Origin: Perna viridis
Lineage: Eukaryota
Length of the DNA: 64,000 nt
Direction: 5' to 3'
Assembly (NCBI GenBank): GCA_037379345.1
Contig: CM074511.1
Location: 54,566,862-54,630,861 of the forward strand
Under the pieces are notes generated by a model. That model was not told the origin of the DNA. It was given only the letters and a program-made list of their open reading frames with translations, and did not search any database. Shown piece by piece: positions 1 through 13,899 of this stretch; positions within the stretch are counted from its first letter, which is position 1, and every line of letters starts with the position of its first letter. The translations under genes were made by a program, and so were the position numbers.

Positions 1-1169
1 TGAAACTCCAAGAATCGGAATTTCATATAATTCACGGCTTCTTCGGTTACTGAATCATCTAATAATTACAATGTAAGTACAAAGCGGATGTAGGTTTACT
101 ATAGCTATATAATTAAAACAATAACTGTTATTGTTACATTTACATGTATACACCGTGTACATGCACACATTTAGGGGTAGGGATATGTGGATACCTGGGA
201 TACAAAATTGAGGCGGTACGGACACAGGAAAGTCGACTTAAGTCTTGGTTTAAAAAAATGAGCGAACATGATAAAATGTTCACATTCATTTCTCTGTGAT
301 TTGTTTCAATAATAAATTATCTAACTTTTATTGAGCCCAACAGAACGATCTAAAACAAAAACAAAACAAAACTGGAATTTTAAAGCCGTCACAAATCGAA
401 AAAATCCAAATATTACGTGTGCCAACTGGGTGTGTATACACCTCTCGTGAGAGTGTTTTGCTAGTAGCTAATACCTGGAACGTAGTCCCGGGAACCAGGA
501 TAGTGTTGTCAGGGGTAAATTTAGGCGGTTTTTAGTTGAAACTTTAATTTCTCGCTAATTTTACCACAAAAGATATCTACACTGCACTCACTCTAGAAGA
601 ATATTTCAAAAATTTGACTTCAAAATGGTAGTAACATCGTTAAATTTGAAACGCTTTCTAGTGTCTTGCCATTTTCACGTATCACGTATTTTCAAACTTT
701 AACTTCGGTCCACTCATTTGGCACCTCCGTGTAGCAAAAGCAATACAAAGAAGTTCATGATACGTAATTGACCTAATAAATATTAAAAAAAAATAATTAT
801 TCTTTTAGGTACCAAAATTTAGCAGCAACCACATATGACATAAAATCATTCACGGGTGGGTTTCTCGAAACTATCTTAAGGATAAGACGTGTCCTAAAAC
901 TATCTTATGATTCGTCTCTGCCTTAAGTCGTGTTCTCGAAGTCATCATAATTTAAGCCGAGTCGTAATTTTCATCCTAACTTTAGGACGACTAAATAGGT
1001 GTCGAGGGATCATCTTATCGAAAAAAAATACCACAGAATGAGGGGGCACCCGTCGGTTTAAACATATTTTTAAGGAGTGTGCATGATTATAAACTTTGAC
1101 CTGAATGTTTTTAACGATTCAGTGACACTTAATTAAAAAAAAATTGTCACTGTTTCTATTTCTAATACA

Positions 1170-2210
1170 TATATGTAACAATCGAAAATGACAAGTTTAA
1201 TAGATCTTCTTTACATAAGTCTAACCTGAAAACAAAGGAAAAAGAATATAAGTCTGAAATGAACAAAGCAATGATTACACATCGACGTCAAATAAGAAAA
1301 AAGCTTAAAGCACTCAGAAGTTGTAACAACAACGAATGTTGGAATATATTGAACTCAAATCGCACTAGAAATGCTCCGGAAATTTCCATTGATTCGTTGT
1401 TAAACTTTTTCAAAGATTTAAATAGCGCCGATGACGACGAGGTTCAAACTCCAAATCCGCATAGCGTTGATGTAGATTCAAATTCAGTTATCAATGATGA
1501 GATTTCTGAAAATGAAATTTTAAAATGTGTTAAAAATTTTAAAAATGGTAAAGCCTGTGGCGATGATTTAATAATTAATGAGTATATTAGAAATAGTTGT
1601 CATCTTCTTATGCCCCTATACATCAATTTTTTTTAATATTGTATTTAATTCTGGTATAGTACCAGAAAGTTGGCTATTTGGAAATATTATTCCATTTTAT
1701 AAAAATAAGGGAGACAAATCAGATCCAAAAAACTATAGACCCAGAACTATTTTAAGCTGTATGGGAAAATTATTCACATCTTGTTTTGAATTTAAGGTTA
1801 AATGCCTTTTTAGAAAATTATCTTTTACTTAATGAGAACCAATTTGGCTTCAGACATGGTTATTCAACTATTGACAGCATTTTTACTTTACATTTATTGA
1901 ATGAATTGCTTCGACAAAAGAAGAAAAAAACTCTACTGTGCCTTTATTTATTTTGCCAAGGCCTTTGACACGGTTTGGTGTCCTGGTTTATGGACAAAAC
2001 TGCTATACTCATCAATTAATGGTAAGATGTTTAATGTTATTGTTAACATGTATAGAAATGTAAAATCTCGTATCTTTAATGGTAGAGAACATTCAGATTA
2101 TTTCCCCTGTGATATAGGTGTTAGACAAGGAGAAAACTTGTCACGTGCACTAATTTCGTTATATGTAAATGACTTGGAAGATTTTATGTATAGTAAAAAT
2201 ATTATTGGTC
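1170..2210 (+). mobile_element. Degraded non-LTR retrotransposon (CR1/L2-like) ORF2 reverse-transcriptase fragment
   Basis: Frameshifted motifs KNGKACGDD.I.NE, IPFYKNKGDKSDPKNYRP, QFGFR.GYST.D, FAKAFDTVW, GVRQGENLS; truncated before the YADD motif. Confidence 0.9.
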
Positions 2211-3352
2211 TGGAGTTTCCAGTACTGCACTGCAACTTTGCTAACCCCACATGCCATTCTGAGGATTGTGAGCTGACATATGTAAAATCATGCTGATATA
2301 TAGTCCTCGGCAGGTTAAAGTTAAGGTCAAGTCCAGAGAAGCCATTGAATATGGTGAAATTAACATAGAAGCCTATGGGAAGTGGAATTAGTGGTTTCTA
2401 GCCTTTAAACAAACAATTTAACCCAGTCATCACCTTTAGTCACCGGATGGGTGTTAAATTATCAGACATCTTTAACTGTTATTTAATGTGATTTGTACCC
2501 ACACCAAAACAATAAAGAGTGAATTTATTAAACTTTGTTGAATGGTAGTTAAGTAAAACAGAACGAATGATTAATTACCAGCCCTTTGATCTTTAACACA
2601 CATTCTTTCTAAACAGTGAGCATTATTTATCGAAAAGACCGTTTGATTTTAATCAAACCATTTACAAGTGATGCAAGTTTTGAAATGCAATAAGGCCCAA
2701 AGTTTTGAAATTGCATCAAACATTTGTCTCGACCAGGAAACCACAACGTCTAAGGTTATATAACACACGTAGGGTGGCAACTCTTTTTATGCATTTTAGA
2801 GTATAGATTTGTTGTGCTTTTTAGAAAAAAAAATCGAAAATTACAAACTTTTTTTCAAATTGTGACTGTGTATGACAACTCAAATCAGTGGGTTCCATCT
2901 TACACTTCTATTGTACTATGACAACGATGAAACATCCATTTAAAATATAAACCATGTATATTTGGTGTCAAATGTATAAGGTGTCATGTTTTCGAAGTAG
3001 TTGAATTCACCCATATACTCCTTTGTAAAATTGAATACTTTTCCAAATAGGTGTGACCATAAATTAAGTTTAATAGGGTCTTGATTTTTTCCGGTTGAAC
3101 GCATAGTTTTTAAAGTCAGAATTTATACAAAATTACTGAAAACTTTATTAAAATGTAAAACAAAATCGACTCTCTCGACAAGTGATTGCAAATTTGGTAT
3201 CATTCGATAGATAATATAATTTCTATATTGTGAATATAAAAAAAGAATAAGAATTTGCCAAGAAAATTTTAAATATTACCCTTACCCCTAAAAACAAAAT
3301 GTTCCTTTACAGCAAACCAATACAGTCAACATCACATGTAGTGCATTTATAT

Positions 3353-3487
3353 NNNNNNNNNNNNNNNNNNNNNNNNNNNNNNNNNNNNNNNNNNNNNNNN
3401 NNNNNNNNNNNNNNNNNNNNNNNNNNNNNNNNNNNNNNNNNNNNNNNNNNNNNNNNNNNNNNNNNNNNNNNNNNNNNNNNNNNNNNN
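3353..3487. other. Assembly gap (N run)
   Basis: 135 N, flanked by an inverted pair aatgttcctttaca / tgtaaaggaacatt. Confidence 1.
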
Positions 3488-3679
3488 TGTAAAGGAACAT
3501 TATATATATATAAGTTGGGCGCTTAGAGTTTAAGAATTTCACAAGTTATTGTCATTTTTTTTAATAGCGTAGTTCAAGTAAGATTTTATGCGACATAGTG
3601 TGTTCACATAGTATCTTAACATTCGAATGAACCTAGGCCTTCGTTATGTTTCAACCAAAGGTGGCCAATATACTCTAAT

Positions 3680-3992
3680 AAGTAAAGTATCAATGATTGC
3701 AAATTCAAGCAAGTAAGTACAGTACCTTAGATTTCAAATTTACTCTGAAGTAAGTAAAGTATCAAGGGCTGCAAATAACTATACGAAAATAGGTAAACTA
3801 TCAAGGATTGCAAATATACGCAAGTAAGCGAAGTATCAAGGAATGCGAATATACGCAAGTAAGTAAAGTATCAAGGATTGTAAATATACGCAAATAGGTA
3901 TAGTATGAAGATAATTGTTTGCAAAAGATTGCAAATATATGCAAGTGAGTAAATTGTCAAGGAATGTAAATATACACAAGTTAAAAAAGTAT
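3680..3992. repeat. Degenerate 35-bp minisatellite (aagtaagtaaagtatcaaggattgcaaatatacgc)
   Basis: About 8-9 diverged tandem units. Confidence 0.85.
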
Positions 3993-5329
3993 ACTATCAG
4001 TAAATGTATTCAGAGCTAAATGTTGTTGTTATTTTCGTAATTATTTCCCAGGTTTTTTTTTTTTTTTTTTTTTGGTTTTTTGTTTTTTTTTTGTTTTTGG
4101 TTTGGGTTTAGGTAGTACTATACGGTTAGGTCAATTCTGAAAATTTGGTCTCATCTTGTTGAAATAAAGCCGCTTTGAGGCAGTCTGCACAGAAATTTCA
4201 AATGTTTTGTCATAAAAAGTACATATTTTTCTAATCCTTGGTGTGTAGAGAAATTTATAAGTAATTTAGTGATTATTGTTATAAAATCTAGTAGCTGATG
4301 CTGAGGTGAGAACCTAATACGGCAGTGGACTGAAACGTTCCGGATACCATTCACCTGTTACCATTACATGTGACATTTTTATTAGCACTTCGGCGGGTGT
4401 TTCTAGAAAAGCAAAGAACTCTTACCCTAAGGTGCACATGGTCCATGCTCCCAGTTTTTAGTTGAGTTTTGATTTTTCCTGTCTAGTTTTAATCCTTGGA
4501 ATATATTCTATTGAATACCCTCGAATCTTGGATCCATTGAATACTTTTACAAGAAGCATGACATCGCTCTTAATATGATTGTATGATTAATAAAATCCTA
4601 CATTGCTTTAGATATTTCTTTATCAGAAAAAGTGTTTTTTCCTATAACCATTATAAGCAAATTAGTTTAATAGAAACGGATTAAAGTGAAGTTGTGATTC
4701 TTGATTTTATTAAGGCATATAAGAGTTTCCCCGGGGGAGTAGCCGCCTTTAAAGATGAATTTTATGAGGTCAACAAGCTTATGATTGGGTCAGATTTGAT
4801 TTGATTGGTAGCTAACTGTTACCATGACGAATAGTTTATGAATGGGGTTTGCTTAAATGACAAGATAATTCTCTGCCTAATTTGGTTCGTATTCGTAATT
4901 TGATGGCATTAATTGTATTCACTTAAGTATCAGTCTTTATAAAAATCAGACAGGAGGTGATTCATGCATATCAAAAACCCACCGAATTCAGTTTTATTTT
5001 TTATTCAGAATCCATTATAGATAAGTAACCAGTCTTAGTTTTTCATTTGCTTGTTGCGCTTTCGAGATAAAATTCATATAGATTGTACACGAAATTAGTA
5101 CTTTGCAAGAGTTATCGTACTTGATTAAGTGTGATTTGGTTGATTTTAGTGGGATGTTGGAGTGTAGTTTTCTCAAAAGTACAGATTTAACTACAGAAAG
5201 GACTATTGTCGCATAAAATATATCGTATGTAGACCAAAAAAGCATCGTCTGATCCATGGGGTTTTCTCATGATTAGTGTTAGTAGATTAATATTTATGTA
5301 GCTAGTATATACATTGTATATATATATAT

Positions 5330-5708
5330 AAGGGTCTGAAAACTTCCAAACTTCCCAACAATGTTAGAACTGTCAAATTTGCGAAGCAAATTTTTGGTCG
5401 TTCCCTCCACGACTGGAACTCGTACCGCTGTGACATACATTTGTATCCGTTTGTGTAATATGGATTTGTTGTGACATGTATCTTTAATTTGATCATCTAT
5501 CCTACACAACAATACCTAGATGAGCTGTCCCATATTACCACACTTCGTGTACTAAGTTACAAACCTAGATTAACAACAAATCAATATTATACTAACGGAT
5601 ATATATGAATGTCACAGCGGTACGAGTTCGAGTCCCGCAAAGGAACGACCAAAATTTTGCTTCGCAAATTTGACAGTTCTAACATCGTTGGGAATTTTTC
5701 AGACCCTT
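5330..5708. repeat. Long imperfect inverted repeat built from tRNA-SINE-like halves
   Basis: 5330-5472 is the reverse complement of about 5572-5708; B-box-like GTTCGAGTCCC at 5626-5636. Confidence 0.75.
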
Positions 5709-6141
5709 CTATGCTTACATTATCTTCCTTGTATCAATTTGAGCCGATGGAGCAGTGAAGCAAATAGAGTCGTCACATTCTGAGACGTTATATATATAAA
5801 GGTAGAGTATTTAAAAACATTTGGTTACACGTCTGTACCAAATTTTACTTAAAGTTACTCCCAGCCCTCTCACTTTCCCCATCCAACCGGGATTTTCTTT
5901 TAAGTTTTCAAATGCATGTTCACGTTTTGGCCAACAAGAGATATGAGATATTGGATTTCAATATATACATGAATGATTCTAGTGCTTCAATAATCCTTGG
6001 TGTCACTATGATTTTTTGCATCCGTTGTGACCGGGGAACATTAACCGACCTGTATTTTCATATATAAAAATCAATAAAAAAATATTAACAGAAAAAAACA
6101 TCTTTAATCAACAAAACCATTACGGAAAATCTATGTAAGAG

Positions 6142-6852
6142 TTACTCTGCATAAACAACGAAAACCATTCCTATTACGAAGTATTCTCCACGTTTTATAG
6201 TGACTGTTGCTGAGTTATCAAATCTTTGGTCCCACAGACAACGTGAAGTTATCATCATACTTTGGTCACCCTTCTGTGCCGCGAGGACATGACATATTAT
6301 TTTGAATCTGTGCATGTTAAGTGATTTAACTTTTTCTTTAATAATCTCACTTGTCAGTTTACATTTTTGTCCCATAGCTTGTGGGTCATATTCCTTTTCT
6401 GTTATGTTTTCTGTGAAAACATTCCTCATAATGTCTTCAACTTTTGACTCCAGGAATCGGTAATCTGGTAGCATTTTGTACGTGTTCTCATATTTGACTT
6501 CCGGTTGAGGTACCTCAGCCGATGAAGCGCTCCCTCTGTCATGGTCTTTATGACTATGGCCTTTGACAGATCCGTGTCCAACAGAATGAGTCGTATCTTT
6601 ACGAGTAAAACTTCTAGATCTGTGTCGTCCATGATGGGAGTTGGCATGTCCAGCATTCATTGTGGCACCTTTTAGAGCATGATGTTTGTCGTGCTTATCA
6701 TGGTGCTTCTCATGATGTTTGTCATGGTGTTTGTCAGACTTGTCATGATGCTTATCTGGTGAATGGTGTTTCTCATGGTGATGCCCACTTTTTTCTGATT
6801 CACCGTGACTCCCTTTTGACGAATGGACTTTTTTGTCCGATTTCTCTTTCAT
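6142..6852 (-). CDS. Tctex-1 domain dynein light chain (TCTEX1D1/DYNLT5-like) with His-rich N-terminal extension
   Basis: C-terminal YENTYKM.P..F....V..I..YDP..CK..SE.IK.KVK.L...RFKII.HV...K.Q.....SRCLWD..FDN.A...VFVVY.E is the Tctex-1 signature. Single-exon CDS; a splice acceptor (cattatag) 2 nt before the ATG implies a 5'UTR intron. Confidence 0.92.
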   Translation of the reverse strand: MKEKSDKKVHSSKGSHGESEKSGHHHEKHHSPDKHHDKSDKHHDKHHEKHHDKHDKHHALKGATMNAGHANSHHGRHRSRSFTRKDTTHSVGHGSVKGHSHKDHDRGSASSAEVPQPEVKYENTYKMLPDYRFLESKVEDIMRNVFTENITEKEYDPQAMGQKCKLTSEIIKEKVKSLNMHRFKIICHVLAAQKGDQSMMITSRCLWDQRFDNSATVTIKRGEYFVIGMVFVVYAE

Positions 6853-9800
6853 CGCTATAATGAAAAAGCAGTCAATGCTTCAATAATTATGTAGTGAAAG
6901 AAATACATTTTTGTTGTACACTGGGAAAATATACGCGTTCTTTTTCTTTACATCGAAATATTTATTATCAGGCCATACAAGAACTAAAATCTTCAGAAAA
7001 TCAATGGAATGCAATAAAAGATTTTCTGTTCCCACTTATCCTACAAAGTTAATCCGTATACTTTGGGACAAGTTTTAATTTAAACATTAAACATATCCTT
7101 TTAGAGATAGTTGGATTTATTGATTGGTTTAGGGGGATTTTATTCGAAACATTGCTGTTTGTTTTAAATCGAAACTCTAAATAGTAGCGTATGAAGTCAT
7201 AGATAAGTTTTATATTACATGTTTGATAAATATTTACAAATGATCATTTTTTTAATTATTACCAACGAATTGTCCAAGAGATTTATGTTTTAACTATTCG
7301 TCTTTCTTCGTTTTTCAAACTCTAAATGCTGGTATTGCTTAACTTAAATTCTATGAGAGCGTTTCTTGTACCAAAAATTATAAGATCAATATCCACATAT
7401 ACTGCTTGTACAAAGATAATTTACAGTAATGCTTAGAAACGTAAGTGCTTACCTTTTTTTCTTAATATCCGAACTGAAATAAGTCTAAAGCGATTGGACA
7501 CTTTCGTTAAAAGATACAACACGGTGTTGGAAACTAAAATACCTCTAGACTCTGTTTAATTCAAGATCTGTGACTTTCTACTATTTTCTCTTTATCTGGT
7601 AACTAAAGAAATTGGTCTTCATGAAATCTATTGATTAGAGGGTGGTATTTGTCTAATAGAGGCAAAAACGTACAAGTTGATAATACATAATATCAACTGC
7701 GTGATAGCATTCACTGGAATTAAAGCCCTATCAGTCCGCTCAATAATTGATTTTTGTGGTCAAGGGTTACTTAAACTTCGGATTATACCTTCTGGATAAT
7801 TTGTCAAAAAGTTGCATGTAAAACAAACGTGGTTGTTTAAATATTTTATCAAGGAGCTAGACAAATCGATGTGGAAGAATACCTTTGCCTTTGTCGTTTT
7901 TTGACTTTCATTTCCTGGTTAATGTGGAGTCACAATATGCAAACAGTGTCGAAACAAATACGTGTTTAATAAATATAACAGACTCTTTTTGGGCCAAGTT
8001 CTTTTCATTGTCGATAGAAAAATTTCGAAGACAGCCGACTTTCATCTTCGGGCTTAAATCTAGCAAAAGTCTATTCTTGAAAGTCCATTGTCAACTTTTT
8101 GTTACGCAGACATTTGTTCTTTTTAAATGCGTTTTATATAACTAGAACGAACACATGTTTTTCTCTTTGATCATACATGAATCCTTGCATTTAGCCAAAG
8201 ATGTTTATAACTGATTATATACTATGTAAATCAGATGAACCTTTTTATCCAAAACTACTATTACACATTATGCCATCTGAAACCATTTATTTATAATTCG
8301 GGTTACAGATATAGGAAAGACTTAGTCGTAAAACATGACTACAGAGAGTAGTCCGATAAAAATATGTTTATTTACAATCGATTTGTTTAACATTCTTTTG
8401 TATTGTCATGGATGCATACTTTTCCAGTTCGAAAGAAATCTGAAAAAAAATCCTTTTAAGTAAGATGTATTTTGTCATCATGAAAACAGTCGAATAACAT
8501 TGAAATTCCAACTAGAAGAATTTTGTCCATAGATCACGAATGCCCCCGCTACCCCTGAAGTCCATTAGTCCAAACTAGTTGATGTAGTCTAAAGCATCGC
8601 ACATAATACAGCTTGAAAAACCATCTCAAACACTTTGACCAACTTTTCAGTATTTTTGTTCAAAGAAAAATAACCATGAGTTAATGCTATGATAATGTAT
8701 TTGACAGACTGGATTGATGTCATTTGCGAAACAAGACAGAAAATAAACAAGGTTATGAGTAACAAAAAAAAAAAAACAAAAACAAAAAAAAACTGTCGAA
8801 CTCGAACCTTTTCCGATAAATATCCTGTCAGTTCGGCTACGATCACTATATTTTTTATGATTATTAAAACTATGAAAAAGAATTGAAACCAAAAACAGTA
8901 AACACAAAATATAATTGTCCGACTTGCACTAAAACGCTCACTATATAATTGCTATGCTCAATAATTGTAATGAATTACAGTATGTCTACTATTCACGTGT
9001 TATATTTAAAAAAAAATCATACACTTTTCATTCACAACAGGAAACAAAAACAAACTCACACATGCAAATAGTAATGATTGAAAGATGCTTCTTCGAGTCC
9101 ATTTGCTCCAACAGTTCTTTTTATTTTTTTCCTACTTCTGGTCAGATTTCAGAACGAAACGACCTTTAGTTTCGTTGAAATCCTTCCCTACACGTTTTTC
9201 AAAGTTGCACACCGCACAAGTACACTTTTAACTCCGACCGTTCACAAATAGCTAGTTAAAGTGAAACCGTACTGAAGGTCTTGGTACAGCTGTTTAACAA
9301 ATTTAACACCATGAAGTGTCAATTTATTGCGATAATATTAACGAATTTACGATCCCAAGAAAAACAGCAACAATTGTGTACGACATATAGAAAGATAACA
9401 TATTTCATTTAGAAATTATTAGATTACTCTACGAAGGGTTGCCGGAAGGACTACACTCAAACTTAATGATTCAGTACCTATAGCAGAGGCTCAAAAACGT
9501 AATCGAAAAACAAGCATGATAAAAAGGTTACAATTAACAACTATAAGAAATACAAGTAGTGGGTACTCACCTAATGTATAATAGCATGATGAAATTTGGG
9601 TACAAATTTTGATGTCCGGATAAGTGTCGGAATTGTTTCCGCAATTTACATATCATCTCATCTAAATTGAGCCTCCAGATCACGAGGCCTCCTAATAGGA
9701 ACAGACACCCACCAACAACCTGAGTTCAGGACAGGAGTTAAAATTTCCAATATTTCAACTTCCCAATCGACATCCTCATCTGCCGATGTGGTGCCTTCGA

Positions 9801-11944
9801 GAAACGCTGATCTGAAAAGCCATTTGAATTACCTACAAGGACCTTTAACAAGTGGACCGACTAATCTTCAGGGACCTTCGACGAGTCCGCTTCCCTGTAC
9901 ATGAACTCAGGACCAAAAACACACAACTTGACAATTGTCATGTTGTTCATTGCCCGGTTGTCAACATCACGGAAGAACAGAAAGAACGAAAGTACATTAC
10001 ATGACGGTGACACTAAACTTCAAACATCAAGACCTGGGACAAGTAGTCCAACTTCAGTGCATGCGAAGTTGGTTTAGAGTTTACCAGATATGCCTGTCGT
10101 TCCTGCTGTATTTCATTTTAACTGCAACTTACACCCACCAATGATTCACTAGAGCCTGACACCACAGTCTCATCAGCTAACACATTGATGGAACTAGGTA
10201 GCTCGGATTTCCACAATACTAACAGGAGGTTCGGCAGCTACGGCAGCTGGCTGTATTATAAATGGTACGTTATGTGATTTTTCATATTCTGTTAATTGTC
10301 TTGGGTCTTGTTTAAGCATGATATATACTCATTTACAAGTTCATAATAAGCCAGTTTTAATACCTAGTATTTTTGACCCCATTCCATCCCACAGCCCAAT
10401 GAAAATTAAAAAGAAAGTGAGGAATGGAATGTAAATTGATTTAGGTTACCTTTGAAATAAAACTGTGGTAATCTAGAAGGAGATCTTGCAATAAAGGGCG
10501 GTATGTTGTCGCTAGTAAAAAATATTTCTGTAAATATTATACATATTTGGACCAATACCTCCATGATTTATGCTGGAAAAGTAGTCAGAAAAAGGGTAAG
10601 AGTATTCGAAGTACAACGAAGTCATTGTCGTACAAGATACGTTTTTGTCTCCAAATTATGAAATATTAAAAACAAAATTATTTCCTGTTTCTGAAACAAT
10701 AAATGTTAAGGGAACCTTTCTGCAAAATGAAAAAAAGTGTCAAAAAGTTGTGGTGATAATAAACAAAATGTCAAGTAAGTATGTTGAAAACATGTTTACG
10801 GATATTAAAATGGTGTGTTAAATTAAATCACCCAGATCAAAAGACGCTCTCCTTATTGATAGTCAAACCACAGTCTTAGCAGCTGTATATTAAAAAAGTA
10901 AATGTAAGAGAGCATTTGGGTGTAAACTCGGGTAACCGGTGAGAAGATTGACGACTGGGAGACGGCATAGAACGAAAACAGTGAGTCCTGTTTGGACTAT
11001 TACAAACTGAAAGTTGCAATCAGAATCCTAGCCTGTAGAACAAAAACAGCTTACATACAAGTTTTGGTTATCAAGTGGTATTTTTAGTCCTCAGGGAACA
11101 AAAAAGATGTGTAAAGGGAAAGACTTAGGCCACATTTACATTGCAAGTCACATGATTCAAATCCTCGAAAAGTCTCAAACTGTAGTCTACAATTCATTTA
11201 AAGAGCAATATCCTGAAATTAAAATATAACAGATGAGCCTTTGTTCGAGAAGTTACGGGACAAAATCGTACAAATTGTTGTCGCCATAAAGAATTCAGGA
11301 CTGAATTGCACACTCTTCGTGCATGAAAAATAGACAACTGATAATTCTGTCAAAAGAAAATTCAGTTAAATTGGAAGTTTAACACGACTTTGACATCGTT
11401 TTTTTTTTAATTTTAAGCAAAGGGAAGTAAGGCCCCAAACAACAAACTGGTTTACTGTCCAAATTCAAATAATTGATTTATTTGTACACATGGAATGTGC
11501 TTGGAGACTTTTGAATAACTTATTTTAAACCATGTAAGTACTTACGGGAGAAAAATAGTTGAAATTTGAAAGAAAAAATGTTTACAATTCTTCCTTCCCT
11601 AGACTGTGGTGTGTTGGTGGATTACCTTCCTAAAATGGCTTACATTCCATAAATATGAAAGTGCTATTCCCAATCTACAAAAGACAAAAAAAAATAATAA
11701 TTTCACAAAACTTAGTGCCTCAAATCTGACGATCAAGGGTATTACAACCTAAAGTGTTTACATAGAAATTGTTTAAATGATGTCCAAAAATGAAAAATAC
11801 AAGCGTCTTAGAGAAATTCGAAAACGTAAAAGTGCGCTGTAAATGTAACCAAGAAAAAAAAACACCATAGCTGTGAAACGGTTAACCAAAATTGGCGAGA
11901 AATCACTTTTCTTTAAAAAAAAGTTATTATTTCAATCAATAAAG

Positions 11945-12289
11945 TACGGAAGCCCATTAGTGCCAGGTGTTCACTTATTTAGTATCTCGTTTAAACGACT
12001 TAGCTAACTCGTTTAAACGACATAGCTAACTCGTTTAAACGACTAAGTATCTCGTTTTAACAACATAGCTAACTTATTTAAACGACTTAGCATCTCGTTT
12101 AATCGACTTGGTATCTCGTTTTAACAGCATAGCTAACAACGCCAGTTATGTCGTTATAACGAGATACTAAGTCGTTTAAACGAGTTAGATATGTCGTTCA
12201 AACGAGATACTAAGTCGTTTTAACGAGTTAGCTAAGTCGTTATAACGACTTAAAAATACGTGAACACCTGGCACTAATGGGCTTCCGTA
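11945..12289. mobile_element. MITE with perfect 30-bp TIR (TACGGAAGCCCATTAGTGCCAGGTGTTCAC, including probable TA TSD) and internal inverted 22-bp subrepeats
   Basis: TIRs are exact reverse complements. Subrepeat tagctaactcgtttaaacgac(a/t) runs in opposite orientation in the two halves; a remnant lies at about 13197-13233. Confidence 0.9.
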
Positions 12290-13899
12290 ATAAAGATCAA
12301 AATCAACAGTTAAAATTAATCGTATCAAACCATGAATGAATGCGTCTGCATGCATGATTTCTCTGAAAATTTGAAGTCAAAACGCAGTCAATTTGAAAGT
12401 AAACAAAGTACATGTCGCAAGGGAAAATTGTTTATATACAAACAATATGATCAGCCTAATCTTTATAAGGTAAGTGTCATTTAGGTTATCTATTCATGAG
12501 GGTGCAAGTGATCGAAAAACTTAGTCGTTTATGAGTTTTTTTTAATATGAGGCAGGTGTATTCTGTAAGAGCACGAAGTTGAACATATAGATATATTTAA
12601 AAATCTTATTATCTCTATTTCCCCTCTTTTTTGTTTTTTTCTAGACATATGATGGTTTTTTGTCACTTCTTGACGCTACTTGTCGCTAATTAGTGAGAGC
12701 GGTATTTTACGCATTTCCTGATGAAACAGAAAGGCCTACTCTTATGGCAGAAGCGAGGTAAACGAGGAAAAGAAAAAAAATCTAAACAGGTTTGACGAAA
12801 CGCACTTGTCAGATACCGGCTACGCGGCGTATTTAAAAAAAAATAAACAATGTGGTCAAGAATATTTGTTATATATTTCCGCAAGAATGAGCAATGTCAT
12901 TAAAGGTTAAAACAGCAGGGAAAAGTTTGTTTCTGGAAAATGTGGAAAAAAAATAATTTTGACTAATAAAAGTTTGTTTTAAAAAATGACAAAATATGAT
13001 AAACAATGCTGTCTATGTGAAAGGTTCTATATAATTGTGAAATGTCTCAGAAAAAAATCCATAGCTCCAGAGAATCAAATGGTTGATGCCTAATATGATT
13101 GATGTGTCGAGGGCTCAGTGATAGAATGGTGAAACGCAACTCATTCAATATGGTATAACCCCTCTTGAAATAGTATATACTTACAGAGATTACCAAAACG
13201 ACTTAGTATCTCGTTTGAACGACATATCTAACTCTGGAAAGCCCAGATTACATAAGTAATAAAATAAACGATGGCGCTCCTTCAAAATAAACTAAAAAGT
13301 AAAAAAAAATACACACGAAGAAACATTAATGACCAACATTGACATTAGAGCGAAATCATTCATTTGGCCAAGTATCATACTGTAAGCACAGCAGACAAAT
13401 TGGAAATAATGGACATATATCCGAAACCGACAAATTAGATTAAGACAACGAATAAAAAACGCCATAAACATGCTTCATTCATAAATTAATTGTTGAAAAT
13501 TTTGAATTTGGTCAAGAACTTGATATCACAAAGCAATAAATCGTGGATAAAAACAACGCAGGGCAAAACATTTACTAGAAGATTTGAAAAGAAATAAAAT
13601 GTACAAAAAAATCTCGCAAACTGAATCGTTTTAGACAAACCCATTTGGCGAGATTTGACCAAATAAAAGGTCACATTCTCCGATGTTCTACGCTGCATCA
13701 TATCAAAAATAACTTTCATGTGAAGTGAGGTAGACCATTTCATGCATACCTTGAGTTTCTGATTCTTTTCTGTTAATCAATTTGAGCTTCAAAGTTGAGG
13801 TTGCTATATTCAATTTTTTTAATGAAAATTTACATTTTTTCTTTTTTTTTTTTGCTCTACAGAGTGATGTGACATGGTTATTCCATCCCAAAGATACTT

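Noticed and set aside
171-3290. Possible TIR pair TAGGGGTA(G/A)GG around a 3.1-kb element, and a Harbinger-like end at about 854-1020
   Set aside because: The match is short and imperfect, with no clear TSD or transposase.
5626-5636. tRNA gene
   Set aside because: B-box-like motif only; no cloverleaf can be built.
12718-12740. CTGATGA..GAAA hammerhead-like core (also CTGATGA at about 59978)
   Set aside because: No pairable stem II or stem I.
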